DNA of 41,402 nt from Planctomycetota bacterium (GTDB lineage Bacteria; Planctomycetota; Phycisphaerae; WQYP01). The notes beneath the pieces were generated by a model. It was not told the DNA's origin, ran no database searches, and saw only the letters and a program-made list of their open reading frames with translations. The stretch spans positions 1 to 41,402 of the forward strand of contig JAJZVR010000001.1 in NCBI GenBank assembly GCA_021847065.1, written 5' to 3'. Each line of letters starts with the position of its first letter. The first letter of the stretch is position 1. The position numbers and the translations under genes are program-made. Shown here one piece after another: positions 16,551 to 25,074 of the stretch.

Positions 16551-17637
16551 TTGGATCAATTTTCGGGACGTCCGGAAGAATCTGTCATTTGAAGCAGTGT
16601 TGACGCACTACGGCGTTACGATCAAGAAACAGGCTGGCAACCGTCACGTCGGTCGCTGTCCCTTGCCGATGCACATTGGTAAGGGAAAAACCCCCTCATT
16701 TTCAGCAAAACTCGATATCGGGGTATTTCAGTGTTTCAGTTGCAAAGCGCATGGCACCGTCCTTCACTTTGCAGCACTTATGGAAGGCTTGAATCCGGAT
16801 GATCCACAGGACCTCCGGACGGTGGCATTGAAACTGCGGGATGTGTTTCTTACTACAGCAACGGCATCACCGAAGAAAAAGCTGGTGAGAAAGGAATCAT
16901 CTACATCGCCTCCTGCCGGAACCACTAGATCAAACCTTCCGGTACTGGTTAATCCACCCTTGGACTTCGAACTCAAGGACTTGGATGACGACCATCCGTA
17001 CCTAAAGGGCCGGGGATTTAATCCGCAGACCATCCGCCACTTCGGACTGGGTGTCTGTAGCCGTGGCCTCATGAAAGGACGAGTAGTGATTCCCCTGCAC
17101 AATGCCACTGGACGCTTGGTTGGATACGCTGGTCGTGTCGTTGATGACACTACGATCAGCGATGACAATCCACGATACCGTTTGCCTGGCCGCCGTGAGC
17201 GAGAAGGCAGGATTATCGAGTTCAAAAAGTCCCTCCTCCTGTACAACCACCACCGCCTGAAGCAGCCGGTCAACGACCTCATCGTCGTTGAGGGGTTTAC
17301 CTCGGTCCGGTGGCTGACTCAGTGGGGATATTCCTCGGTAGTGGCGATGTTCGGGTCGGATTGCTCCGAAGAGCAGGCTCGCCTGATCGTCCACGCGACG
17401 GCTCCGGACGGCCGGGTGTGGATATTCCCGGACACCGATGCCGCCGGTGAAAAAGGTGTGATGGTGATGCTTTCTCGCATATCACCATATCGCTGGACAC
17501 GGTGGATACAGACCCAGCAAGAACAGCCCACCGATTGCACGCCTGCCGATCTGGAAAAACTTCTGCCCGGCCTTGGTACCGAACGAAAGGAGGTGCTGCA
17601 TGACAACGGCAGTTTGTGGGCGGATACACCGGTATGA
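16543..17637 (+). CDS. DNA primase (CHC2 zinc finger + Toprim, DnaG/TraC-like)
   Basis: ATG 16543 is preceded by AAGGAG. CHC2 finger CPLPMHIGKGKTPSFSAKLDIGVFQCFSCKAHG. Toprim residues LIVVEGFTSV and IFPDTDAAGEKG. The ORF-track N-terminal extension from 16225 overlaps the upstream gene and is discounted. Confidence 0.88.
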   Translation: MSDWINFRDVRKNLSFEAVLTHYGVTIKKQAGNRHVGRCPLPMHIGKGKTPSFSAKLDIGVFQCFSCKAHGTVLHFAALMEGLNPDDPQDLRTVALKLRDVFLTTATASPKKKLVRKESSTSPPAGTTRSNLPVLVNPPLDFELKDLDDDHPYLKGRGFNPQTIRHFGLGVCSRGLMKGRVVIPLHNATGRLVGYAGRVVDDTTISDDNPRYRLPGRREREGRIIEFKKSLLLYNHHRLKQPVNDLIVVEGFTSVRWLTQWGYSSVVAMFGSDCSEEQARLIVHATAPDGRVWIFPDTDAAGEKGVMVMLSRISPYRWTRWIQTQQEQPTDCTPADLEKLLPGLGTERKEVLHDNGSLWADTPV

Positions 17638-18007
17638 GTTCATGGGATTCCATGGCTGCCGGTCTCGGTGCGCCCTGGAGATACTCCGGTTGCGTGATGG
17701 CCGCACTGTGGTCATTGCCACGGAAGTGGCGGACAATCCGGGCACCAGCGTGACCAATGCCTTTGAGCTATTGGCTACCGATGTATGCACCCGGTTCGCC
17801 ATTGATCCCCGGCGGCTGGCCTGGATTGAACACTACGGCTACCCTGCCGCAGCGTGTCCAACCGAAGCACGGGGCTTCGATATGGTGCGGTTTACGATTG
17901 CACCGGCTAAGGACGGCACATGCTTTTCAGATGTGTCCTGGCGGCCGATGCGTGACGCGGACTGGCGGGCACTGGGCCTGCTGCCGCGTCTGGCGGTTCG
18001 TTATTGA
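17600..18007 (+). CDS. hypothetical protein (last gene of primase operon)
   Basis: ATG 17600 is preceded by AAGGAGG. 135 aa. Followed by a strong terminator at 18028. Confidence 0.6.
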   Translation: MTTAVCGRIHRYEFMGFHGCRSRCALEILRLRDGRTVVIATEVADNPGTSVTNAFELLATDVCTRFAIDPRRLAWIEHYGYPAAACPTEARGFDMVRFTIAPAKDGTCFSDVSWRPMRDADWRALGLLPRLAVRY

Positions 18008-18027
18008 ATCGGTTCTGTTCTTTCCCT

Positions 18028-18058
18028 GGGCGACTCTGCGGAGTCGCCCTTTTTATTT
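18028..18058 (+). terminator. rho-independent terminator of the primase operon
   Basis: GGGCGACTC-TGCG-GAGTCGCCC followed by TTTTTATTT. Confidence 0.75.
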
Positions 18059-18420
18059 GCTCGGACCTACTAACGGTTTGTCCTACTGTACCAATAGCAT
18101 ACTGTCATCGGGCTTGGATTAAAAAAATACCAGACAAAGTGAGGATTTTTCTATCCGAACAGCAGCGTCGCAATGGGCTGGTGGAATAAAGTTGGAAGCG
18201 GCCACATCAAATCATTAGAGATTCCGGCAGAATTCCGTCAAGGTATCATAAACTGGGTCTGGCAATTTTTGAGCTTGATCCCTCAATGATTACTGATAAA
18301 CAGCAGAGGACGCAGGAAAATATAGAAAAACCAAAGGAAGAGTTTGCCAGTTTATTCGAGGCTGTAGTAAAAGTTCTTTCTGCCTATTGATTCTGTATTT
18401 CTATGTCAACAATTACCAAT

Positions 18421-18459
18421 AAAAAAAGCGTCTAAGAATCAAAGTGATTCAGAGACGCT
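18421..18459 (-). terminator. rho-independent terminator after the 316-aa PEP-CTERM gene
   Basis: Minus strand reads AGCGTCT-CT-GAATCA-CTT-TGATTC-TT-AGACGC followed by TTTTTTT. Confidence 0.6.
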
Positions 18460-18485
18460 TGAGCGTGTCTTTAAAAAAAACAGAA

Positions 18486-19436
18486 TTAGGCTACTGCTCG
18501 TCGCTTCTTCTTGAGAGAGACAAGGCCGACAATCGCTAAGCCACCGACTCCCTCGAGGAGTCCTGCCGCCGATGAGGGGGTAGGCACCGCAGAGGATGAG
18601 GATGAGGATAACTTGAAATAGAACAGCCCGTTGTTGGAGTTGTTGCCGAAATTGTAGGCAACAAGTCCCATACTGGTCAATTCAGTGCTCGTTGGCTGAG
18701 CCGCACCAACAGCAATTCCATTAAGGAAATATTGCGTGGTGGTACCCTGCTCTGTGCTGGTTGTGGTGAATCCAATTTGGTTGAATTCACCTGTATTAGC
18801 ATCACCAAGCTTGAGCCACTGAAGACCATTCCCAAGACTACCCGTAGCAGTATAGAATCCAGGGCCCTGGTATCCGGTATAAAGATAACCGGAGTTATCT
18901 GTCAAGTTTGACAGATAAAATATTCCAGCGTCAATGGGGGTGAGGTACAGCGGTATAGTACCGTTGGTAGAACTTCCCGCGTAACCGATATTTCCACTCA
19001 GGCCGACGATGACCGGAGGAGCGCTGAAATTTGCCCAATTATCGACGTACAACCCCACTGATACGGTTTGAACTGGTGTACTTGGGATGTCGTAATTCAT
19101 CCCTTGCCAATTATTACTTCCGCCAATAAAATTATTTTGAGTGGAAGGAACGACAGGATTGGCAATTTCCATTTCCAGGACATTGTTGGAGGAGCCAGAA
19201 GAAACCATCTCAAACACCAAAGGGGTGTAGTCATTTCCATACCAGGCGCCAGGAGTAGGGGTTTGGTATGCCGCTTGGTCATTGTTGAAATCAGTAGTAT
19301 CAGTACTACTGGTGACATTGGAATAGGGGGTTGCGGGAATATTTGGCGAAATTGCCAAATTACCCTTCGCCACCCCAGCTATTCCGACGACTGCTCCTAA
19401 CACAAGCAATGTCGTGGAACCATTTAGATACTTCAT
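18486..19436 (-). CDS. PEP-CTERM-anchored secreted protein (lectin / jelly-roll-like)
   Basis: Signal peptide MKYLNGSTTLLVLGAVVGIAGVAKG. C-terminal sorting signal VPTPSSAAGLLEGVGGLAIVGLVSLKKKRR (PEP-like motif, TM helix, basic tail). Confidence 0.85.
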   Translation of the reverse strand: MKYLNGSTTLLVLGAVVGIAGVAKGNLAISPNIPATPYSNVTSSTDTTDFNNDQAAYQTPTPGAWYGNDYTPLVFEMVSSGSSNNVLEMEIANPVVPSTQNNFIGGSNNWQGMNYDIPSTPVQTVSVGLYVDNWANFSAPPVIVGLSGNIGYAGSSTNGTIPLYLTPIDAGIFYLSNLTDNSGYLYTGYQGPGFYTATGSLGNGLQWLKLGDANTGEFNQIGFTTTSTEQGTTTQYFLNGIAVGAAQPTSTELTSMGLVAYNFGNNSNNGLFYFKLSSSSSSAVPTPSSAAGLLEGVGGLAIVGLVSLKKKRRAVA

Positions 19437-19574
19437 GAGAGTCTCCCTAAAAAAACAAAGAACTTAATCGTCGTTCCAGAACATCTGGAACGTAATCGAT
19501 TTATATTGCGACAAACACAATGATAGCCTGTTATCCATTCGGTAACAAGTGTCATCGGCGCGATATTGATAAGC

Positions 19575-19820
19575 ATGGCAAAAGCCCAACATGCACCACG
19601 ATACCGCTCACTGCCAGCGCTCCTGCGTGCAATGCGACAGGAGGCCCAGTTTACGCAACGAGAACTTGCTGCAAAATTGTGCGTTTCGCATGTGTTTGTT
19701 CATAAAAGCGAAATCGGTGAACGACGAGTGGATGTCACCGAGTTCATGGATTGGTGTCTGGCCTGCGGTAAAGACCCAGACCATGAATTTCGCCGGCTAC
19801 GGAAGTTACGCCGCGTGTGA
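19575..19820 (+). CDS. XRE-family helix-turn-helix transcriptional regulator
   Basis: QFTQRELAAKLCVSHVFVHKSEIGERRVDVTEFMDW is a typical XRE/Cro HTH. Lies immediately upstream of the HAF-lipase gene. Confidence 0.75.
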   Translation: MAKAQHAPRYRSLPALLRAMRQEAQFTQRELAAKLCVSHVFVHKSEIGERRVDVTEFMDWCLACGKDPDHEFRRLRKLRRV

Positions 19821-19951
19821 CCCTGACTGCCTACATTCACTGCCGCATTTCCTTGCGTCCGCTGTGGGATTTAGCTATGCTATCTTCTTGTTCACTGTCG
19901 ATATGTGGCCCCAGATGGTGGGCGCTAGTTTTTACCTGAAGGGAGAATACC

Positions 19952-22747
19952 ATGGCAAAGGGACAGACGTGGTGGCAGACGATGTTTGAAGCGCGGTACG
20001 TGGGAAGACAACAGAAACAGTCAGCAGAATATCTGCATTGGACAGCGCCGCCGCGTGATAAGGGAGTTCGATCTGGACAAATTGCTCTCACAATAGCTGT
20101 CACCGCATCACTGGGGCTAACACATGTGTCCAATGCCGCCCCACAATACTCTGTAACCGATCTAGGAACACTAAATGGATATTCGCAGAGCTACGCTGCA
20201 GGCGTTAATGATTATGGTCAGGTAGTTGGCGAATCCGAAAACAGCGTCAATTCTTCCCACGCTTTTCTTTACAGCAACGGTAGTATAACTGACCTTGGAG
20301 TGTTACCTGGCTATGCCACAAGCTATGCAACAGGCATAAATAATGCAGGCCAAGTTGTTGGTTGGGATAATCCCGCCAACTTCGAGGAGAACAGTCTTAC
20401 GGCTGCATATTTTTCAGCTAATTCCGTCACTGAAATGTGCTTTGGCGGCCCTTCAGCGGGGATGTCTCAAGCCTTTATCTACCATAACGGATCTGTGTCA
20501 AGTTTGGGAAATCTGCCGGGAGGTACGGGCAGCGTGGCTTTCAGTATCAACAAAAGTGGCGCTGTTGCTGGCGTTGCAGGTACGGCATCCACTTATTCGA
20601 CTGATGCTTATCTTTACAATGGCGGCACTATGACTAATTTGGGTACTCCAATTGGTTATCCATACACGAGCTATGCGGTTGCCAATAATAACGGTGAAGT
20701 TGCCGGATCGGCTATAGGATTTAGTTACGACAGTAATGGAGTTCCGACAGGAACGAATAAACATTCATTTGTTTATAATACTGGATCAATAACTGACATG
20801 GGAACTTTATCAAACTCTTCCTCAAGCTACGCCACTGGTATTAATGACAGTGGTAAGGTGGTTGGCTACGCGGACGGAATAAACTCGCATGCGTTCCTTT
20901 ACAGTAATGGCGATATGATTGGGATTGGAATCCCCGCTGGAGAAAGCTGGAGCCAAGCCAACGGCATAAACAATGAAAATCAAATCGTCGGAGTAGCTGG
21001 CAATAGTAGCGGCACTACCCATGCTTTCCTATACCAGAATGGTTCAACAGTGGACCTCAATACTCTAACGAGCGGTTCAGGTTGGACGCTACAAGAGGCG
21101 ACCGCTATAAACGCGAACGGACAAATAGTTGGCAGTGGGATAAATCCGAGAGGCCAAACACACGCGTTTCTGTTGACGCCGACGATACCAACAGTGCAGG
21201 CAACAACGACGCCGTCGGCACCGGAAACAGCACACCCCGTTTCCGGTCAATTGGTAGTCTTTGATGCGAACCCGAAAGATGCATCCTACGGGACATTTGT
21301 CGCAGCAAGCAATACGCCTGGTACAATCGGATACGTCGATCCCAATAACCCGACTGATATTCTTACGCACGGCTACGCTAGTAGCGACGCACTTTGGGCG
21401 GGCTCAGCCGGGTTTGCGGAGGCCCTTGCGAAGCAACAACCGACTACCAATATTGTGGCGTGGAACTGGTCCGGTGAAGCCAAGTGGGATGGCAACTGGG
21501 TCGATTGGATTCCGGACTTAACTGCCGCTGATCTAGCAACTCAAAATCAGGGCCAAGACCTTGCATCATCCTTACTGTCTCTCCTAGGCACGAATTACAG
21601 TGGTTCCCTGCATTTTGTTGGTCACAGCTTGGGAACAATGGTCAACGCGAAGGCCATCGACACGATCACCCAGGCGGACCATTCAGTGACCGTCCAGGAT
21701 ACTCTTTTTGATGATGGAGAGTTAGCCAATCCTATCACCACAGCCATTACGTCCATAGACCAACTTCGCCTTTATGTCGCCAGATTCAGTTCCATGCCGC
21801 AAGACACATCTAATATTTCCATCGACAATTACCTCTCTGCGTTTGGCGGCGTGCATCAGGGGGCTGTTAATGTTGTCTTACAGCAAGCCATAGCAGAGTT
21901 TCCGGATATTGTTGCAATGCATGGTTATCCGGTGCAATGGTACCAGAGCACCATGGGGCTTAACAATGTAACGACACCGCAGCTTCAGGGTATGGGCTTT
22001 CAGTTTGACGGCGCGCAGGCGCAACCCGGCGTGTATCCATTCAATTTTCTTCAGACGGTTGCGCCTGGCGATCGGTATTCCCTCACGCCGATGACATACG
22101 ATGAGGCCTCGCACTACGGCGGGATAAAGACGATTCCGTCCGAGTCGTATAATTATCTTACGTCTGTGACGATCGCCGACATCACGGGCGCAGCTCAAGT
22201 TGCTGGTGGCGCGTTGGTCAACGTGGTTAATTTCCTTCCACCGGATTCATTAAATAATGACACCCCAGCCTTAGGCCCGCAGTTTATTCTCCCAAAGTTC
22301 GCAAGCACTTCGGAAGGTCCGCTTACCGCCAACACAGCAGCCGTAGCCGCTACGAGTAACAACACCACGGCTGCTATGTCGTACGTATTTGTCCCAATCA
22401 AGGTTCCAACTGGCGCGCAGATGATGACCCTCGACTACGTTATGCATGGACTGAGTGCGACAGACCTTCTGAGTGTTGGGATTAACGATACGCCCTTGTT
22501 CGCGTTAGAAAGCCAATTTGTAACGCCGGACAGTATAACCAACACAGGATATCTGGATGTGTCGCAATGGGCAGGCACGGATGTTCAGTTATTCATCGGG
22601 CTCATTCCTGGCGATAACCAGAACTTGGGTGGCACTATTACGGTCGATAATATAGCGTTCGAAGCGGTTCCTGAGCCAAGCACTTACCTGCTTATGCTTG
22701 GCACATTAGCGATTCTAGCTGCAAGACGACGAAGAGTATTAGATTGA
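19952..22747 (+). CDS. PEP-CTERM exoprotein: HAF-family repeats + alpha/beta-hydrolase (lipase-like) domain
   Basis: About 7 HAF repeats (SHAFLYSNGSITDLGVLPG, SQAFIYHNGSVSSLGNLPG, THAFLYQNGSTVDL, THAFLL...). Nucleophile elbow HFVGHSLGT (Ser codon 21626-21628) with upstream ILTHGY. C-terminal VPEPSTYLLMLGTLAILAARRRR. Confidence 0.9.
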   Translation: MAKGQTWWQTMFEARYVGRQQKQSAEYLHWTAPPRDKGVRSGQIALTIAVTASLGLTHVSNAAPQYSVTDLGTLNGYSQSYAAGVNDYGQVVGESENSVNSSHAFLYSNGSITDLGVLPGYATSYATGINNAGQVVGWDNPANFEENSLTAAYFSANSVTEMCFGGPSAGMSQAFIYHNGSVSSLGNLPGGTGSVAFSINKSGAVAGVAGTASTYSTDAYLYNGGTMTNLGTPIGYPYTSYAVANNNGEVAGSAIGFSYDSNGVPTGTNKHSFVYNTGSITDMGTLSNSSSSYATGINDSGKVVGYADGINSHAFLYSNGDMIGIGIPAGESWSQANGINNENQIVGVAGNSSGTTHAFLYQNGSTVDLNTLTSGSGWTLQEATAINANGQIVGSGINPRGQTHAFLLTPTIPTVQATTTPSAPETAHPVSGQLVVFDANPKDASYGTFVAASNTPGTIGYVDPNNPTDILTHGYASSDALWAGSAGFAEALAKQQPTTNIVAWNWSGEAKWDGNWVDWIPDLTAADLATQNQGQDLASSLLSLLGTNYSGSLHFVGHSLGTMVNAKAIDTITQADHSVTVQDTLFDDGELANPITTAITSIDQLRLYVARFSSMPQDTSNISIDNYLSAFGGVHQGAVNVVLQQAIAEFPDIVAMHGYPVQWYQSTMGLNNVTTPQLQGMGFQFDGAQAQPGVYPFNFLQTVAPGDRYSLTPMTYDEASHYGGIKTIPSESYNYLTSVTIADITGAAQVAGGALVNVVNFLPPDSLNNDTPALGPQFILPKFASTSEGPLTANTAAVAATSNNTTAAMSYVFVPIKVPTGAQMMTLDYVMHGLSATDLLSVGINDTPLFALESQFVTPDSITNTGYLDVSQWAGTDVQLFIGLIPGDNQNLGGTITVDNIAFEAVPEPSTYLLMLGTLAILAARRRRVLD

Positions 22748-22772
22748 AGCGTTATTATGAACTAAAAATTAG

Positions 22773-23090
22773 CTAGGGGGTCATTAAGAGGGCGATGAAG
22801 AAAAGGAGAAAAGCCAGAGATAAAGAAAATGCCGAAATGATGATTGATGTGATTGCCCTAATAACGGTGTAGCGTGCTTTCTCTCGTGAGAAAGAGAGGC
22901 TCGCGAGAGTGATTGATGAAACTGGTGCTAAAAGATAAAATATTATCAACAACACCAATCCGTGAAAGTCATATGCATCGACAAAACTCAAATGACTGAG
23001 TGGCCCCGCGATATATATTCCAACAAGAGGGCAGAGTGAGAGAATGAGCGCCGTCACACTCATCCACTTGTGATGTCCTTCCGCATTCAT
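22773..23090 (-). CDS. small integral membrane protein (3-4 TM)
   Basis: 105-aa ORF that is almost entirely hydrophobic helices. AT-richer than its neighbours. Confidence 0.5.
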   Translation of the reverse strand: MNAEGHHKWMSVTALILSLCPLVGIYIAGPLSHLSFVDAYDFHGLVLLIIFYLLAPVSSITLASLSFSREKARYTVIRAITSIIISAFSLSLAFLLFFIALLMTP

Positions 23091-23196
23091 ATGCTATATT
23101 CTAGCATGTGTATAGTGGATGAATGGCATGGATGAGCGACAGTTGGGGATAACTGCGGCGTATTTACCAATACGCTCCATCATCTGAAGACGATCA

Positions 23197-24189
23197 TCAT
23201 CCCAGAAGAGAAGATTTATTTCCTCGACTCTCCACCGCCGCATCCCTTTCCGTCTGCCGCCGATACCGCCCCAGGTTGCGTACTGTCACGTCATGTCCAC
23301 TGCCGGCAATAGCGTTCATAAAATCAGCTGGCCGCATCCAAATCGGCCCCAGCGGGTCGACAAGTATCTCCGGCATCGTGGTCAACCACACCATCGTCTT
23401 GATGGGCGGGTCAACTAATAACAATCGTTCAGCGGCGTTGTTCCGGCGCTCCGCCGTTGGAAAGATCGCCAGCACCCGGAAGGGGTAATCCGCAAATTGA
23501 TCACGGCTGCCGCCCCTTGATTCGGCAAAGCCGCCACTGCGGTAATGGGTGCGGTAGCAAGCGACCCGGTCAGCCAACACCGCCTGACTCTCCGTTCTCC
23601 GATCCACTTCAATGAAGCAATGGTGCTCGGCAATGCCGTCAGCATCCTTTTCATGCAGACATAGATACCCGTCAGGTTTGACGATGACCGAAGCACCGCC
23701 ATAGCCGCTAGTGTGTGGCTTGTGGGTGCGGAACTGTGACAGTAGCGGCCACGTAGTCGAGGTAATGACGCGAATATTTGTACGTTTGGATAGAGCGGCC
23801 AACAGCGCCGCTTTGACGCCGACAACCGCAAGTTCGTGCCGTAGCGTCAAGCGGCTAACGTGCGAACGCACGTCGAATTGGGCATCGGAGAGCACCGGGT
23901 AGCCGTCAAGACGGCCCTGTCGCTTCAGGAGGTGGAATCCCTTCTTGGTCAACAGCAGTGTCAAGGGTTCATGCGCCTGGCGGGCCCGGTCACGGATCAA
24001 TCCCGCTCGCCGGAGTTTCTGTAGCCGCTTCTTGGCCGTTTCAATATTGCTTTCAAAATAGAGGGTGGCGGCATGGCTGACAGTCATTGTCCGGCTTTCA
24101 TACAGCCCGCGCAATACGGCAAAGTCCCGCTCTTGCGGGATGATGCGGCGTTCAGTTGTCCCGTCCATGTGCATCAAATAGTCTACCAC
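23197..24189 (-). CDS. replication-relaxation family protein (putative relaxase-like DNA-processing protein)
   Basis: N-terminal winged-helix pattern typical of Replic_Relax proteins (QERDFAVLRGLYESRTMTVSHAATLYFESNIETAKKRLQKLRRAGLI). Located directly downstream of a coupling-protein-like ATPase. Confidence 0.78.
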   Translation of the reverse strand: MVDYLMHMDGTTERRIIPQERDFAVLRGLYESRTMTVSHAATLYFESNIETAKKRLQKLRRAGLIRDRARQAHEPLTLLLTKKGFHLLKRQGRLDGYPVLSDAQFDVRSHVSRLTLRHELAVVGVKAALLAALSKRTNIRVITSTTWPLLSQFRTHKPHTSGYGGASVIVKPDGYLCLHEKDADGIAEHHCFIEVDRRTESQAVLADRVACYRTHYRSGGFAESRGGSRDQFADYPFRVLAIFPTAERRNNAAERLLLVDPPIKTMVWLTTMPEILVDPLGPIWMRPADFMNAIAGSGHDVTVRNLGRYRRQTERDAAVESRGNKSSLLG

Positions 24190-24194
24190 GCCGG

Positions 24195-25070
24195 TTATGC
24201 GGTTTCGTCCAAATCTTTGATCCGGGCTTCCAACTTGCCCATCTCAACGTCGATTTCATCCCGGTCAGTCCCTTGGGCGGCCAGCGTCCGCTCCACTTTC
24301 CGTTTAGCTTTGGCGACCGTTTGGGTGCGCTTGATGAACTCCTGGGTCGTCGTATCCACCGCCTGTTTGAACTGGTCGGCACTCGGTGCTGCAGTGCCGT
24401 CGGGTATGACGATTTCAAACGAACAATCGGTCTCGTCCCTGGGACGGCCCGCCTGATTGACCACAAACGAAAGGACATACCGGCCCGTCGGCAATCGCGT
24501 GGAGTATTGACCAGCATTTGCCCAGCCGCTAAACATGACGGTGCCGTCTCGTCGGCCAATGACTTGGGGAACCGATTGGTCGGCGATATGCACTCTCCAT
24601 GAGACGATCACGCCGGTCTGGCCGACCAGGGCGATGACGTGCAAAAACTTTCCAGTATGAGAGTGCATGCTGCTGGCCTTGCCCACGATATCGTCGGTCT
24701 GCTGCGGTGTCGGGCAGTTGATGATGCTGCTCCACGGCGCCAGCGACTGTGTAGCCTTGTGTTGCTCGGCCTCAAGACGCTCGCGGGCGGCCTCCTCCTC
24801 CTTTGCCGCCGCCAGGAGTTTCTGTTCTTTTTCTTTCAGCATTTGTTCAGCCAACCGCCGCTGCGCCGCTTCAGTCTCCAGACGTTGCTGTTCCTCGATC
24901 GCTCTGACCGCGTTCAGGTGGGCACGCCATCGTTTGACCCCGATGACGATAAGCCAGCAGACGCCCACCGCCGCTGCAATTACTAGAAGGACGGTACCGG
25001 CTGCGGCGATGATCATCACAATGAAGATGAGAACCACGATGCCGACTGAGAGCTTGACTATGTCTTCCAT
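24195..25070 (-). CDS. membrane-anchored coiled-coil protein
   Basis: True start is MEDIV (ATG 25070), 4 nt after the upstream stop. Two TM helices (LSVGIVVLIFIVMIIAAAGTVLLVIAAAVGVCWLIVIGV), then the coiled coil EEQQRLETEAAQRRLAEQMLKEKEQKLLAAAKEEEAARERLEAEQ, then a beta-rich domain. Confidence 0.75.
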   Translation of the reverse strand: MEDIVKLSVGIVVLIFIVMIIAAAGTVLLVIAAAVGVCWLIVIGVKRWRAHLNAVRAIEEQQRLETEAAQRRLAEQMLKEKEQKLLAAAKEEEAARERLEAEQHKATQSLAPWSSIINCPTPQQTDDIVGKASSMHSHTGKFLHVIALVGQTGVIVSWRVHIADQSVPQVIGRRDGTVMFSGWANAGQYSTRLPTGRYVLSFVVNQAGRPRDETDCSFEIVIPDGTAAPSADQFKQAVDTTTQEFIKRTQTVAKAKRKVERTLAAQGTDRDEIDVEMGKLEARIKDLDETA

Positions 25071-25074
25071 ACGC

